From NCBI GenBank assembly GCA_020697715.1, contig JAEHCO010000002.1:252667-316666 (forward strand): a stretch of 64,000 bases of DNA, read 5' to 3'. A program made the position numbers and the translations under genes. The notes under the pieces were generated by a model. The model was not told the DNA's origin. It worked only from the letters and a program-made list of their open reading frames with translations, and searched no databases. Origin of the DNA: Methanobacteriota archaeon. Its GTDB lineage: Archaea; Thermoplasmatota; Thermoplasmata; SG8-5; JAGLSY01. Within the stretch, counting starts at the first letter, position 1, and the number at the start of each line of letters is the position of its first letter. Below are positions 1 to 10,000 of this stretch, one piece after another.

Positions 1-298
1 CACCATTCTCCTGTAGAGCACCACATTCTGGGCACTCGCTGTGAGCTTCTTCTTCTATTTCGGGAGCAATATCTACTTTGAGATCAACTACTTCACCGCA
101 AACAGGGCAGTTATCTGAATCAATTGCTATCTGTGCGCCACATTCTGGGCAGTCTGCTTCAGCCTCTGGTTCAATAACAGCTTGAGGTGCATTGAACTCT
201 TCCTCTATCTGCGCACCACAGATCGAGCACGATGTGTCATGCTGGTCAACAAAAGCTCCGCATGCTGGACATACCTTTGATTCTATTTCTTCAGCCAT
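1..298 (-). CDS. Acidic multi-zinc-ribbon protein, N-terminal part (runs off window start)
   Basis: Manual translation from ATG at 298: MAEEIESKVCPACGAFVDQHDTSCSICGAQ...CPECGAQIAIDSDNCPVCGE...CPECG. Repeated CxxCG knuckles; start lies 5 nt after the stop of the upstream gene. Confidence 0.8.
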   Translation of the reverse strand, partial: MAEEIESKVCPACGAFVDQHDTSCSICGAQIEEEFNAPQAVIEPEAEADCPECGAQIAIDSDNCPVCGEVVDLKVDIAPEIEEEAHSECPECGALQENG

Positions 299-302
299 GC
301 GA

Positions 303-1643
303 TCACTCTCCTCCTGCTATTGCATTACCGCATACTGGACATTCTTTTGCACCATGATCTATAATTGAAGCACATTCTGGGCATTCGAATCCACTGTCTA
401 AGTTGAGTTCATCTTCATCTTCCAATTCAAGTTCGGATTCCATTGCCTCGAGGACCTCAAGACTTTTTCCATTGAGCGGAGCTTCCATCTCCGCCTCTGG
501 CTCGACATCTTTGAGCTCCAAACTATCAATGATAATTTGATCTTCACTGAGTTCCTCTATCTCTATGACCTCTTCTTCTATTATTTCAGAGGTTTCCTCT
601 CCTATGAACTCATCATCGATGATCTCCTCTTCGAACTCTTCCGTGTCAAACAATGCTCCACAGTCACTGCATTCGATATCAAATATGGTAGTTGGAGATC
701 CGCATTCTGGGCATTCGGCAACATCCTCTATCTCGCCCATCACATCAGACAATCTTATCTCTTCTTCAGGCTCGAACTCATCTTCGTCTGGCACAGGAAG
801 AAGATCGCTCTCATTTATGTGAACACCACAGCTTGGGCAATCGACCTCTCTGTCTCTCTTGAAGGACCAGCCAAATAATACAAGTCCAACTATGAATATG
901 ACGACACCAACTCCTCCGAGCATGGAATCCATCCATCCATATCCCAGATACATTTCGCCCAATGGCGACCACTGAACGACATTATGTAAATATGATGCTA
1001 AAGCAAATCCAAAGTCTCCCACAAGGATGAACACAAGTCCAAGCCAGAACTTCCATTTCCAACTTGTATCTGGCCCATCTATTTTGATCTCATGGACATA
1101 AACATTACCGCAATTATCACATGATACTAGATCTCCTTGCTGGGATGTATGATCCATGCTACCACAGCTTGGACATCCCTCTGAAGATTCGTCAATACCT
1201 TCTCCACATTTCTCACAGGCTTTGTCATCTGGCCCCATTGATGCGCCACAGCCATTGCAGACCTGTTCATCGATATAATCGACAGGTAGTTCACCCAGAT
1301 CATCTTCTGAGAACTCTGTGTCGTCTTCTGATAATTCTGTGTCGTCTTCTGGTAATTGATCATCATCTTCTGGTATCTCGAGACTATCATCCATATCATC
1401 AACAGGGAGCTGTTCAATTTCGGATGTTTCCTCTACAATAATCTCTTCTGATAATTCAGAGTCATCTTCAAGGTCGGCCAACTCATCATCTATTGCAGAA
1501 GCGTCTGCCTCAAAGTCATCCTCGCTTGATCCCTCAATGCTATCTCCTGTGTTACCATTTGTAGCGAAGCTCTCACCACAGCTGGCGCATTCTGTAGCGT
1601 CTCCACTGACACCTGCACCGCACACTGGACATGCATATTCCAT
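303..1643 (-). CDS. Very acidic multi-zinc-ribbon membrane protein
   Basis: 446 aa ORF with many CxxCG knuckles (double zinc ribbons), two hydrophobic TM segments and D/E-rich linkers. Confidence 0.8.
   Translation of the reverse strand: MEYACPVCGAGVSGDATECASCGESFATNGNTGDSIEGSSEDDFEADASAIDDELADLEDDSELSEEIIVEETSEIEQLPVDDMDDSLEIPEDDDQLPEDDTELSEDDTEFSEDDLGELPVDYIDEQVCNGCGASMGPDDKACEKCGEGIDESSEGCPSCGSMDHTSQQGDLVSCDNCGNVYVHEIKIDGPDTSWKWKFWLGLVFILVGDFGFALASYLHNVVQWSPLGEMYLGYGWMDSMLGGVGVVIFIVGLVLFGWSFKRDREVDCPSCGVHINESDLLPVPDEDEFEPEEEIRLSDVMGEIEDVAECPECGSPTTIFDIECSDCGALFDTEEFEEEIIDDEFIGEETSEIIEEEVIEIEELSEDQIIIDSLELKDVEPEAEMEAPLNGKSLEVLEAMESELELEDEDELNLDSGFECPECASIIDHGAKECPVCGNAIAGGE
1300..1375. repeat. 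21-bp coding tandem repeat (PEDDDQL/PEDDTEL/SEDDTEF/SEDD)
   Basis: About 3.5 degenerate copies of tcRtcttctgNNaaYtctgtg inside the 303..1643 ORF. Confidence 0.75.
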
Positions 1644-1679
1644 TTCACTCGTCTCGTCTTCTGGAATAATAACCTCTCC

Positions 1680-2138
1680 CTAGTTTCCTCCGTAGAGCTC
1701 TTGATCCTCTACGAAATCCTCAGGCCTCTCCCTGGATATAGATAATATCAGTAGTATAATACCAATCACTAATATAACTATTCCGACAGTGGCAACTGTT
1801 TTATTGACCCATCCAAAGGTTTCCCAGGCATCATACCCGGAAGGGAATGGGATCTTCAGAAGATCATGCAACCATGACCCGAATGATACTCCAGGGCCGC
1901 CTATTAGAACAAGTATCACGCCTAATAGGAATAATTTCTTATTGCCTTTCTTCTTCTTTTCTGCATCAGGGTCTATTTGGAAGGCATCTGGAGAAAAAGG
2001 CTCTCCACATTCCGGGCATTCTATCGCATCTATAGATAGATCAGCTCCACACATGGGGCATAATGACTGATCGTCATCTGTTTCTATCTTCTCCGATAAA
2101 ATTGCATTCTCTTCCTCTGATGAGATACTTACCACCAA
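1680..2138 (-). CDS. Zinc-ribbon plus two-TM membrane protein
   Basis: CPMCG...CPECG followed by two TM helices; shares the S-x-LH...(F/Y)GW loop with 303..1643. Confidence 0.75.
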   Translation of the reverse strand: MVVSISSEEENAILSEKIETDDDQSLCPMCGADLSIDAIECPECGEPFSPDAFQIDPDAEKKKKGNKKLFLLGVILVLIGGPGVSFGSWLHDLLKIPFPSGYDAWETFGWVNKTVATVGIVILVIGIILLILSISRERPEDFVEDQELYGGN

Positions 2139-2290
2139 TACTCAGTAATATACTACTCTATTATATTCTTTTCTAATGCGCGAGCAATGTTCCACACACC
2201 TTGCAGAAAGGTTTAAACATGGTATGACATTACGCACCCGTTCAGTAAGGTCCCCATAGGGGACAATCAATAAACCTGAAGGTATGTAAT

Positions 2291-4132
2291 ATGGTACAAC
2301 TACACGATCAGACACTGAGGGATGCGCACCAATCTATTTTGGCAACGAGAATGAGAACAGAAGACATGCTTCCAATAGCACAGAAAATGGATGAGATAGG
2401 ATTCTGGTCCATGGAAGTATGGGGCGGAGCAACATATGATGTTCCGATAAGGTTCCTTAATGAGGATCCCTGGGAGCGCCTGAGAGCTCTCAGAGAAGCC
2501 ATGCCAAATACAAAACTGCAGATGCTTGAAAGAGCCATGAACATCGTGGCATATTGGAATTTCCCTGATGAAGTTGTTCATAAATTCATAGGACTGGCCA
2601 AGAAGAACGGTTGTGATTATTTCCGTATCTTCGACGCTCTTAATGATCTTAGGAACATGAAGACACCGATAGAGGCCACATTGGAGGCTGGAGGTCATGC
2701 ACAGGGTTGTGTCAGTTACACTATCTCCCCGGTTCATACTGTGGAGAGATATGTTTCAGATCTTATTCAATTGGAAAAATGGGGTTGCCAGAGTGTTTGT
2801 ATAAAGGACATGGCTGGAATGATCGCTCCACAGGTTGCATATGATATTATCAAGGGTTACAAGGACTCTGGAGCAAAGGCACCTATCGATCTGCACAGCC
2901 ACTATACCAGTGGAATGACTGGCATGGCATACTGGGCAGCTTGTGAGGCTGGCGTTGATGTGCTCGACACGTCCATGTCACCTATATCTGGCGGTACTGG
3001 CGGAGTTCCAACAGAAAGTGTTGTGGCCGCATTAAAAGGCACAAAATACGATACTGGGTACGACATGCACCAGCTTATCGAGATCAGAAAATACTTCATG
3101 GAAGTATGGCACAAATACAGACATCTGATTCGTCAGGAAGCTATGAAGGTCGATCCATCTGTCATGGTTCATCAGATACCTGGTGGAATGCTTTCCAATC
3201 TGGTCAGCCAGCTGGAAATGCAGGGAGCTACTGACAAATATTATGATGTTCTTGATGAGACAGCCCGCGTTCGTGAAGAAATGGGATACCCACCACTTGT
3301 TACTCCAACGAGTCAGGTTGTTGGAGTCCAGTCTGTTATGAATGTTCTTTTCGGCAGATATAAGAAAATACCCAAGGAGACAGTCGATTATTGTAAGGGT
3401 ATGTATGGTAAATCACCAGCACCAATTAAGCCAGAGATCATGGAATTGGTTCTTGGACCTAACTGGAAGGATGAGGTCATCGACTGCAGGCCAGCAGACC
3501 TTGTGGAAAAGGATATGTGGGATGTCAGAAAGAAAGAACTGGCAGAGCTTGCTCCAAGTATCGATATGACCGATGAGAACATTATGACATACACTTTGTT
3601 CCCAGAGGTTGGACTCAAGTTCTTGAAGGGTGAGGCCATACCAGAATTCACATCCGATCAATTACCATTGAACAAGGACCATGACATGACAAGAGCCATG
3701 GTGAAGTCCTTCTTCCCCGAGCTGCCAGCTGTTTATATCGAATCAGAGCCACCAGAGGCAAGGACAGTAGGCGGACCAGCACCAATACCAACTGAGTTCA
3801 ATGTCGAGGTTGACGGAGACTTCTTTGAGGTGAAGGTGGAACCAACAGGTGGCTATGTTACATCTGCTGGTGGACCCGCTGGAGCACCATGTTCAACAGG
3901 CGGACCTGATCCAAGTGCACCCGGAATGCAGAAGACTGGATGCCAGGGAAATCTTTGGAAGCTCACGGTCAAGGTCGGCGACAAGGTCAGCAAGGGCGAT
4001 GTCGTCGCTATTCTCGAGGTCATGAAGATGGAATCCAATATCGAATCAGACTTCGATGGCGAGGTCAAAGAGATCTACGCCAATGAGGGAGACATGGTCA
4101 AGACTGGCGATGTCATGATGAGGATCGAGTGA
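2291..4132 (+). CDS. pycB: Pyruvate carboxylase subunit B (carboxyltransferase plus biotin carrier; oxaloacetate decarboxylase alpha family)
   Basis: TLRDAHQS, WGGATYD, IKDMAG, HQIPGGMLSNL and GYPPLVTPTSQ motifs; C-terminal EVMKM biotinylation motif. Confidence 0.88.
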   Translation: MVQLHDQTLRDAHQSILATRMRTEDMLPIAQKMDEIGFWSMEVWGGATYDVPIRFLNEDPWERLRALREAMPNTKLQMLERAMNIVAYWNFPDEVVHKFIGLAKKNGCDYFRIFDALNDLRNMKTPIEATLEAGGHAQGCVSYTISPVHTVERYVSDLIQLEKWGCQSVCIKDMAGMIAPQVAYDIIKGYKDSGAKAPIDLHSHYTSGMTGMAYWAACEAGVDVLDTSMSPISGGTGGVPTESVVAALKGTKYDTGYDMHQLIEIRKYFMEVWHKYRHLIRQEAMKVDPSVMVHQIPGGMLSNLVSQLEMQGATDKYYDVLDETARVREEMGYPPLVTPTSQVVGVQSVMNVLFGRYKKIPKETVDYCKGMYGKSPAPIKPEIMELVLGPNWKDEVIDCRPADLVEKDMWDVRKKELAELAPSIDMTDENIMTYTLFPEVGLKFLKGEAIPEFTSDQLPLNKDHDMTRAMVKSFFPELPAVYIESEPPEARTVGGPAPIPTEFNVEVDGDFFEVKVEPTGGYVTSAGGPAGAPCSTGGPDPSAPGMQKTGCQGNLWKLTVKVGDKVSKGDVVAILEVMKMESNIESDFDGEVKEIYANEGDMVKTGDVMMRIE

Positions 4133-4141
4133 GGGAGCCAC

Positions 4142-5587
4142 ATGCTCAGCAAAGTATTGATCGCGAACCGAGGAGAGATCGCGATAAGGATAATGAGGGC
4201 CTGCAAGGAATTGGGAATACCAACAGTTGCAGTTTACTCCGATGCGGACAAATCAGCGCTCTTCACAAGATACGCTGATGAGAAGGTTCACATAGGGCCT
4301 GCACCAGCAGCTCAGAGCTACCTTGTCAAGGATAAGATAATCCAGGCCGCACTCGACACAGGGGCGGATGGTATCCATCCAGGCTATGGTTTCATGGCCG
4401 AGGATTTTGAATTCGCCACCATGTGTGCGAAGAACAATATCGAATTCATTGGACCACCAGTTCCATCCATGGAATTGATGTGCTCGAAGATAGATTCCAA
4501 AAAGAGCATGATCAAGGCTGGTGTCAGTGTGGTGGCAGGTGTCACCGAGGCCATATCCGATCATGAGAAGGCATTGAATATCGCTCATGAGATCGGATTC
4601 CCATTGATGCTCAAGGCAAGTGCTGGCGGCGGTGGGATAGGTATCGTAAGAGTTGATCGAGCAGAGGACATTGAAGAGGAATTGGCAAAGGTCAGAAGAC
4701 TGGCAAAGAGCTCTTTCGGGGATGATTCCGTATTTATCGAGAAATATATTCACGAGCCTCATCATGTTGAATTCCAGGTCATTGGAGATAAACATGGCAA
4801 TCTCATCCATGTCCTTGACAGGGAATGCAGTGTTCAGAGAAGGAACCAGAAGCTCATTGAGGAAACACCCAGCCAGGCGATCTCTGAGGAAATTCGTGAG
4901 GAAATGGGAAAGCAGGCGGTTCTGGCTGCCAAGACCGCCGGATACTGGAATGCTGGAACTTGCGAGTTCATGTACAAGGATGGACAATTCTACTTCCTGG
5001 AAATGAACACAAGGCTTCAGGTCGAGCACCCAATTACCGAAATGATAACAGGCGTGGACCTGGCCAGGGAACAGTTGCGAGTTGCATCTGGTCTGGAACT
5101 GGAATACGAGCAATCAGATATCGTATGCAAGGGTCATGCTATTGAATGCCGAATCAATGCTGAGGATCCGGCGAACGGATTCATGCCATCACCTGGCAAG
5201 ATCGTCAGGTACGCAGAGCCATCTGGTCCAGGTGTAAGAGTGGACTCCGGTGTGTATCAGGGATTGGATTTCCCACCATACTACGATTCAATGGCAGCCA
5301 AGCTAATTGTTTGGGCAGAAGATCGCCCACGTGCTATCGAGAGGATGAAGCGCGCACTTTGGGAATACCAGATCGGTGGAATGAAGACCAATATACCATT
5401 CCACGAGGTCGTCATGAATGATCCTGTTTTCAAAGCCGGTATCTATAATACCAGCTATATCGAGAACAATGACATCATGGCCAAAGTGACCAAGTACATG
5501 GAAGAAAAGCGGGCACAAGGTGGCAATAAGAAAACTGCCGCCGCAATGGCCGCTGTTCAGACTGTGATAGCTGCAAGCCAGGGATGA
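4142..5587 (+). CDS. pycA: Biotin carboxylase (pyruvate carboxylase subunit A)
   Basis: KVLIANRGEIA, HPGYGF, KASAGGGGIG, RECSVQRRNQKL and FLEMNTRLQVEH motifs. Confidence 0.9.
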   Translation: MLSKVLIANRGEIAIRIMRACKELGIPTVAVYSDADKSALFTRYADEKVHIGPAPAAQSYLVKDKIIQAALDTGADGIHPGYGFMAEDFEFATMCAKNNIEFIGPPVPSMELMCSKIDSKKSMIKAGVSVVAGVTEAISDHEKALNIAHEIGFPLMLKASAGGGGIGIVRVDRAEDIEEELAKVRRLAKSSFGDDSVFIEKYIHEPHHVEFQVIGDKHGNLIHVLDRECSVQRRNQKLIEETPSQAISEEIREEMGKQAVLAAKTAGYWNAGTCEFMYKDGQFYFLEMNTRLQVEHPITEMITGVDLAREQLRVASGLELEYEQSDIVCKGHAIECRINAEDPANGFMPSPGKIVRYAEPSGPGVRVDSGVYQGLDFPPYYDSMAAKLIVWAEDRPRAIERMKRALWEYQIGGMKTNIPFHEVVMNDPVFKAGIYNTSYIENNDIMAKVTKYMEEKRAQGGNKKTAAAMAAVQTVIAASQG

Positions 5588-5621
5588 TCACCCTAAAAGA
5601 ATATGGTATCCTAAAATAATG

Positions 5622-5663
5622 AAGGCCGAGTAAATACCGCTCGGCCTTTACCATTTACTTTTT
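5622..5663 (+). terminator. Hairpin plus T-rich tract after pycA
   Basis: AAGGCCGAG (5622-5630) pairs with CTCGGCCTT (5640-5648), followed by a T-rich tract. Confidence 0.6.
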
Positions 5664-5683
5664 GATCTTTGAAGGATGATAAA

Positions 5684-5794
5684 ATGAAATGTCTGAAATG
5701 TGGCCACACCTGGAAACGAAACAACTGGAAAGAGTTTGTATCTGGTATGGCTAAATGTCCCGAGTGCGGTTCCCGGGCACTGGCCAGGTATTAA
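5684..5794 (+). CDS. 36-aa zinc-ribbon microprotein
   Basis: MKCLKCGHTWKRNNWKEFVSGMAKCPECGSRALARY*, with CxxC...CPECG and GAAGGA upstream. Below the ORF-track cutoff. Confidence 0.7.
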   Translation: MKCLKCGHTWKRNNWKEFVSGMAKCPECGSRALARY

Positions 5795-5913
5795 TTATAT
5801 TTTTCTTAATAAATATTAGTAATTGTATATTATAAATTATATATTTATTTGCACATATCACATCTCAACATTTATATAATTCGGTATCCATATACATACA
5901 AGGTGAAGATTTT

Positions 5914-6276
5914 ATGGCAAAGACAGTACTTATGAAGAAAGGGGAATCATTGAAGGACGAGAAGAGAACAGGTGTGCTTTACAGGAATATCGTGATGCAG
6001 GAAAAGATGGAAGCCACTGTCACCCATATCCTTCCTCAATGTAAGACCCAGGGTTTTTCCCACAAAGGTAAAGAGATAAAGTTCATGGTAAAAGGGGAAC
6101 TGGAATACCATGTTGGAGATGATATGTTCATCTTCCAGGAAGGGGACACGCTCTTCCATCATTCGGATGACACACATTGGGCTAGGAACAAAGGAACTGG
6201 AGAGGCGATCTTTATAACGGTCTCCACGCCCGGGACATTCAATATCTTCAATAAAGAAGAGAAGAAAAAGAAGTAG
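5914..6276 (+). CDS. Cupin domain protein
   Basis: SHKGKEIKFMVKGEL...GDTLFH...HW cupin motifs; AGGTGA RBS. Confidence 0.8.
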   Translation: MAKTVLMKKGESLKDEKRTGVLYRNIVMQEKMEATVTHILPQCKTQGFSHKGKEIKFMVKGELEYHVGDDMFIFQEGDTLFHHSDDTHWARNKGTGEAIFITVSTPGTFNIFNKEEKKKK

Positions 6277-6301
6277 ACCCCATAATCAAAGGTGTTTATC
6301 C

Positions 6302-7051
6302 ATGACTGAGATCGGCAAGATAGTTGTGCGCCTGGAGGAGGTCGATTCGACAAATGAATATGCCAAGGAGCTGATAGGCCAGGGTGCGAAGGAAGGCACC
6401 CTGGTGATATCCGGCATCCAGACAGGTGGAAAAGGACGTCTGGATCGCATCTGGGAATCTCCCAAGGGCGGTCTGTGGATATCTGTTGCTCTGAAGCCAA
6501 AAGGCGGTCTTGTAGGCGATAAGCTGGGCATTCTTCCATTGATGGCCGGATGTGCGGTTGCCAAGGCCGTGAATGCGGTATCCGGCCTTGATACTCGACT
6601 AAAATGGCCCAATGATGTCATGATAAATGGCAAGAAGATGTCCGGAATACTGGCAGAGTCCATCATCCACGATGACGACCGCTGGGTGATCATCGGCATG
6701 GGTATCAATGTCAATAATAATGTCCAAGAAGGTTATGATTTTAGTTCTGTATCCACATCCATCATAGAGGAAAAAGGAAGCCCGACGGAGATCGAGCAAT
6801 TGGAGATCCAGCTCATCTGCGAGCTGGAGCGCTTATACAATATGGCTGTCGAAGGCCAGGATAAAGAGATCCTGAATGAATGGAGAAGTACGGCCGACAC
6901 CCTGGGCAGAAAGGTCCTCATCCTGAGACAGAAGGATGAGTTGGCTGGCATTGCGAAGGACATTGATGATAAAGGCGCGCTTATTCTGGAACTTGAAGAT
7001 GGTTCTACTGAGATCGTTCTTGCTGGGGACTGCCAGCATATTGATGTTTGA
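6302..7051 (+). CDS. birA: Biotin--protein ligase
   Basis: DSTN, QTGGKGRLDRIWES, LKWPND and KKMSGIL motifs. Confidence 0.92.
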   Translation: MTEIGKIVVRLEEVDSTNEYAKELIGQGAKEGTLVISGIQTGGKGRLDRIWESPKGGLWISVALKPKGGLVGDKLGILPLMAGCAVAKAVNAVSGLDTRLKWPNDVMINGKKMSGILAESIIHDDDRWVIIGMGINVNNNVQEGYDFSSVSTSIIEEKGSPTEIEQLEIQLICELERLYNMAVEGQDKEILNEWRSTADTLGRKVLILRQKDELAGIAKDIDDKGALILELEDGSTEIVLAGDCQHIDV

Positions 7052-7072
7052 GCTATATCTTCATCGCTAGCA

Positions 7073-10000
7073 TTACCAGTCCACGTCCCACTGCACCATC
7101 ACTGTCGAATACACCCAGTACGCGTTCCCACTTGACATTGTGACAGATGATAAGGGTAATTCTTGGATAGAATATGCCTGTGCATCATTGTAGAAAGCGA
7201 TCTTCGTGACCTCGCCAGGCAGTGTTAGATCTGCCTGTCTTGTGGTGGCGGATGGATATCCAATGAGGTTCCATCCAGCTTCCAGAATTATGCTGGATGT
7301 TGCTGGTTGGCTGCCCGTTCCGATGGATAATAGCTCATCTCCTGAATTGGAAGCTATGTGTATCCAGAATCCATTATCATTGTCTACCGAGAGTAGATCT
7401 TGCGGAATTCCAGCAGCTGCCTGTGCTTTGTCATAGGATTTCCAGTGATCGACATCATTCGTATCATACCACATGATAGAGTCCCATGTGGTTCCGCCAT
7501 CTCCGTGAAGTGCATCGTCGATTATCGTGACCGGGTTTCCAGTAGCGAATATTGGGAAGGATGCCATCACCCAGGTTCCATCGACCACTCCAGTCAGGTC
7601 GATGTCATATGTCATGCCGCCGCCTATGGGAGTGAGCGCGGCCTCTATGCCAGTCGGAGTTGTTTGATGGTCATAAGCGAATGTGAAGACAGGGACTGAT
7701 TGGCCATAAGTGACCTTCACATTGTCAAACCCAACTTCACGTTGTCCTTCACTCTTGGCAAGATTGGTATCTCTTAGACCAACTTTGAGATAATAAGTGG
7801 TGTCAGCATCAACTATTCCTGTAAGATCTATCTGGCCAGTCGAGACCCATGAGGTCACACTGGTTATCTGGCCACTGCTCCAGACCTGATTTCCTACAGT
7901 TGGTGCACCAGATATGGTATCGACAAAGGCATAGGCAATAAGATTGGCACTGCCACCATCGAACTCCGTGCAACTCCAATCAAGCTCAAGGTATGCGGAA
8001 TCCGGGACCATGCCAGTGCTGAAAGTTTGTTCCCAGTATCCTGAATAGGTCTGCTCGGATGAACCGCCAGTATTTGCATCATCCAGCCTCACATTCACAT
8101 ATGATCCAGCCCAGGCTCCTGTGGAATCTCCGCCGCCAGTGTCCTCCCAATCATAATATGTCCAGCTATTGGCATTAGTGTCAAAGTCGGGGTTCAATGT
8201 CTCCCCTGTCTGTCCTGTGGCCCCTGTCGTGGCATCCAGCCACAATTCTACATAGAACCTGTCGCCAGCTGGCAATGTGACACCGGATACCAAGTACTGC
8301 CACGTGAACTCATGATAGGCGCCTACAAAGCCACTGACATCCTCATTGTCCAGCCCAGTCTCGAAAAGCATGGCATCATCACTGTATCTGAAGACCCTTG
8401 CGAAAAGATTGGCATTGGCCTTGTCATTGTTCATCTGGCCCCATACATTGAAGTTCCAAGTGCCGTCCATGCTCTGGGCCTCGGTATAAACCTCAGATAG
8501 CCAGTGGTCATCAATTCCTCCGATCATATACTGGCCTGCCCCGGTGATATCCGGGCCAGTGATCGTCTGGATCGAAGTCTCAAAGGCATCATTGTTGAGA
8601 TCGCGGAAGCCGGCCATCGGAGACTGGACCTGGAACAATAATTGAATGGATGGAGTACCATCTATTGCCAGCATGTTCCAATCCTCCTGGCCGAGGGCGT
8701 CGCTCGCTCTCACGATGTAGAAATAGGTCTCCCCAACGATCACACTATTATCGCTATAGGAAAGAGCTGTGCCAGTCCATATGGGAGACGAAGCATTGAC
8801 CTCCGCCTCGTTCGGTAAATTGTCAAATCTGTATAGACTATAGATTATCGGCAAATTCGGATCATTTGCCGCATTCCAGTAAATGTCAAGTTGATCTCCA
8901 GTGCCGATATTGATGACATCATCCACACCTGTGAAATCTGGCAGGTGTGTGCTGCCGATATCGAATATCACATCCAACAGGTCATTTGGTGTATTGCCAT
9001 CTGCACCATACTGGGTCTCTATGGAAACTCTGTATGTGCCGCTCTGATCAAAATCATATTGCCAGCCCAATGTCTCTGTGAGCTGGGTGTCCAGTGGTGC
9101 GCTGGTGGTCTGGATGGTGGGGCCGAATACCACGGTCTCGCCAGGTATGAATGCGTCTATACTAATGTCATCGAAATAGAAACCCGCATCCCCATAATCC
9201 ATATTGTCTGATGTGAATCTGTATCGAAGCAGGAATTCTGAATAGCCAGTGAAATTGGTGAGATCATTCGTTCGCTCCCTCCATGTCATATCATCGCCTG
9301 TGTAGCGGTCGATAAAGCTCCATATATGGCCGCCATCCACAGAGCCTTCTACCACACAGAAGTCCGCATCGTAACCATCGTTCACAAGCTCATGCCATGT
9401 CCAGTAGGTGAGGGTCGCGGTCTCCGCCTCCCTCAGATCTATAGGTTCTGCAATGGTGAGGAATTGATTTGAATATATCGTGTAATCGCTGGTACCAGGA
9501 CCGCAGTGCATGCTGTTGGATGGAGAATTGCTACGGGATGATACAGTATGCCAATAGTCGTTGGTAAGAGTCCCGTCCCAGTCCTCTGTCACCCACTGGG
9601 TCATACCACTTTCCATGTCATCCGAGAATAAGTTGTAATTTGTTCCACCGCCGAATCTGGATATCGTGCATGTGGTGTCAAAGGTCGGCACCTGGAACTC
9701 GCCATAATTCTTGACCGTGCCGTCTATTTGATACTCGCCTCTCGGGTATGTTCCCATCTCCTCGAAAGGATATATCGAATCCACGCCAACATCATCGGAA
9801 TAAGGTACGATGACGATTATCTGGCATGAGTCCGTGCAGGTTGAATTGGTATCCATGGACACATTGACCCAGATGGTGTATTCACCAGGTGCGGCTGCTC
9901 CGGGAACCGTTATGTCAAGACTTGATTGAACCGTCTGGTCCTTCAAGATATTGAGACTTGAAGGAGCCGCTATTATCGACCAGCCAGCTATCGAGCTGGT

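Noticed and set aside
2222-2229. GTATGACA box upstream of pycB matching the RHH-locus motif
   Set aside because: A single 8-mer occurrence is compatible with chance.
4253-5113. Long antisense ORFs (also 13691-14392, 31591-32343, 42362-43120, 54478-55281)
   Set aside because: Shadow ORFs opposite well-supported genes, with no recognisable motifs.
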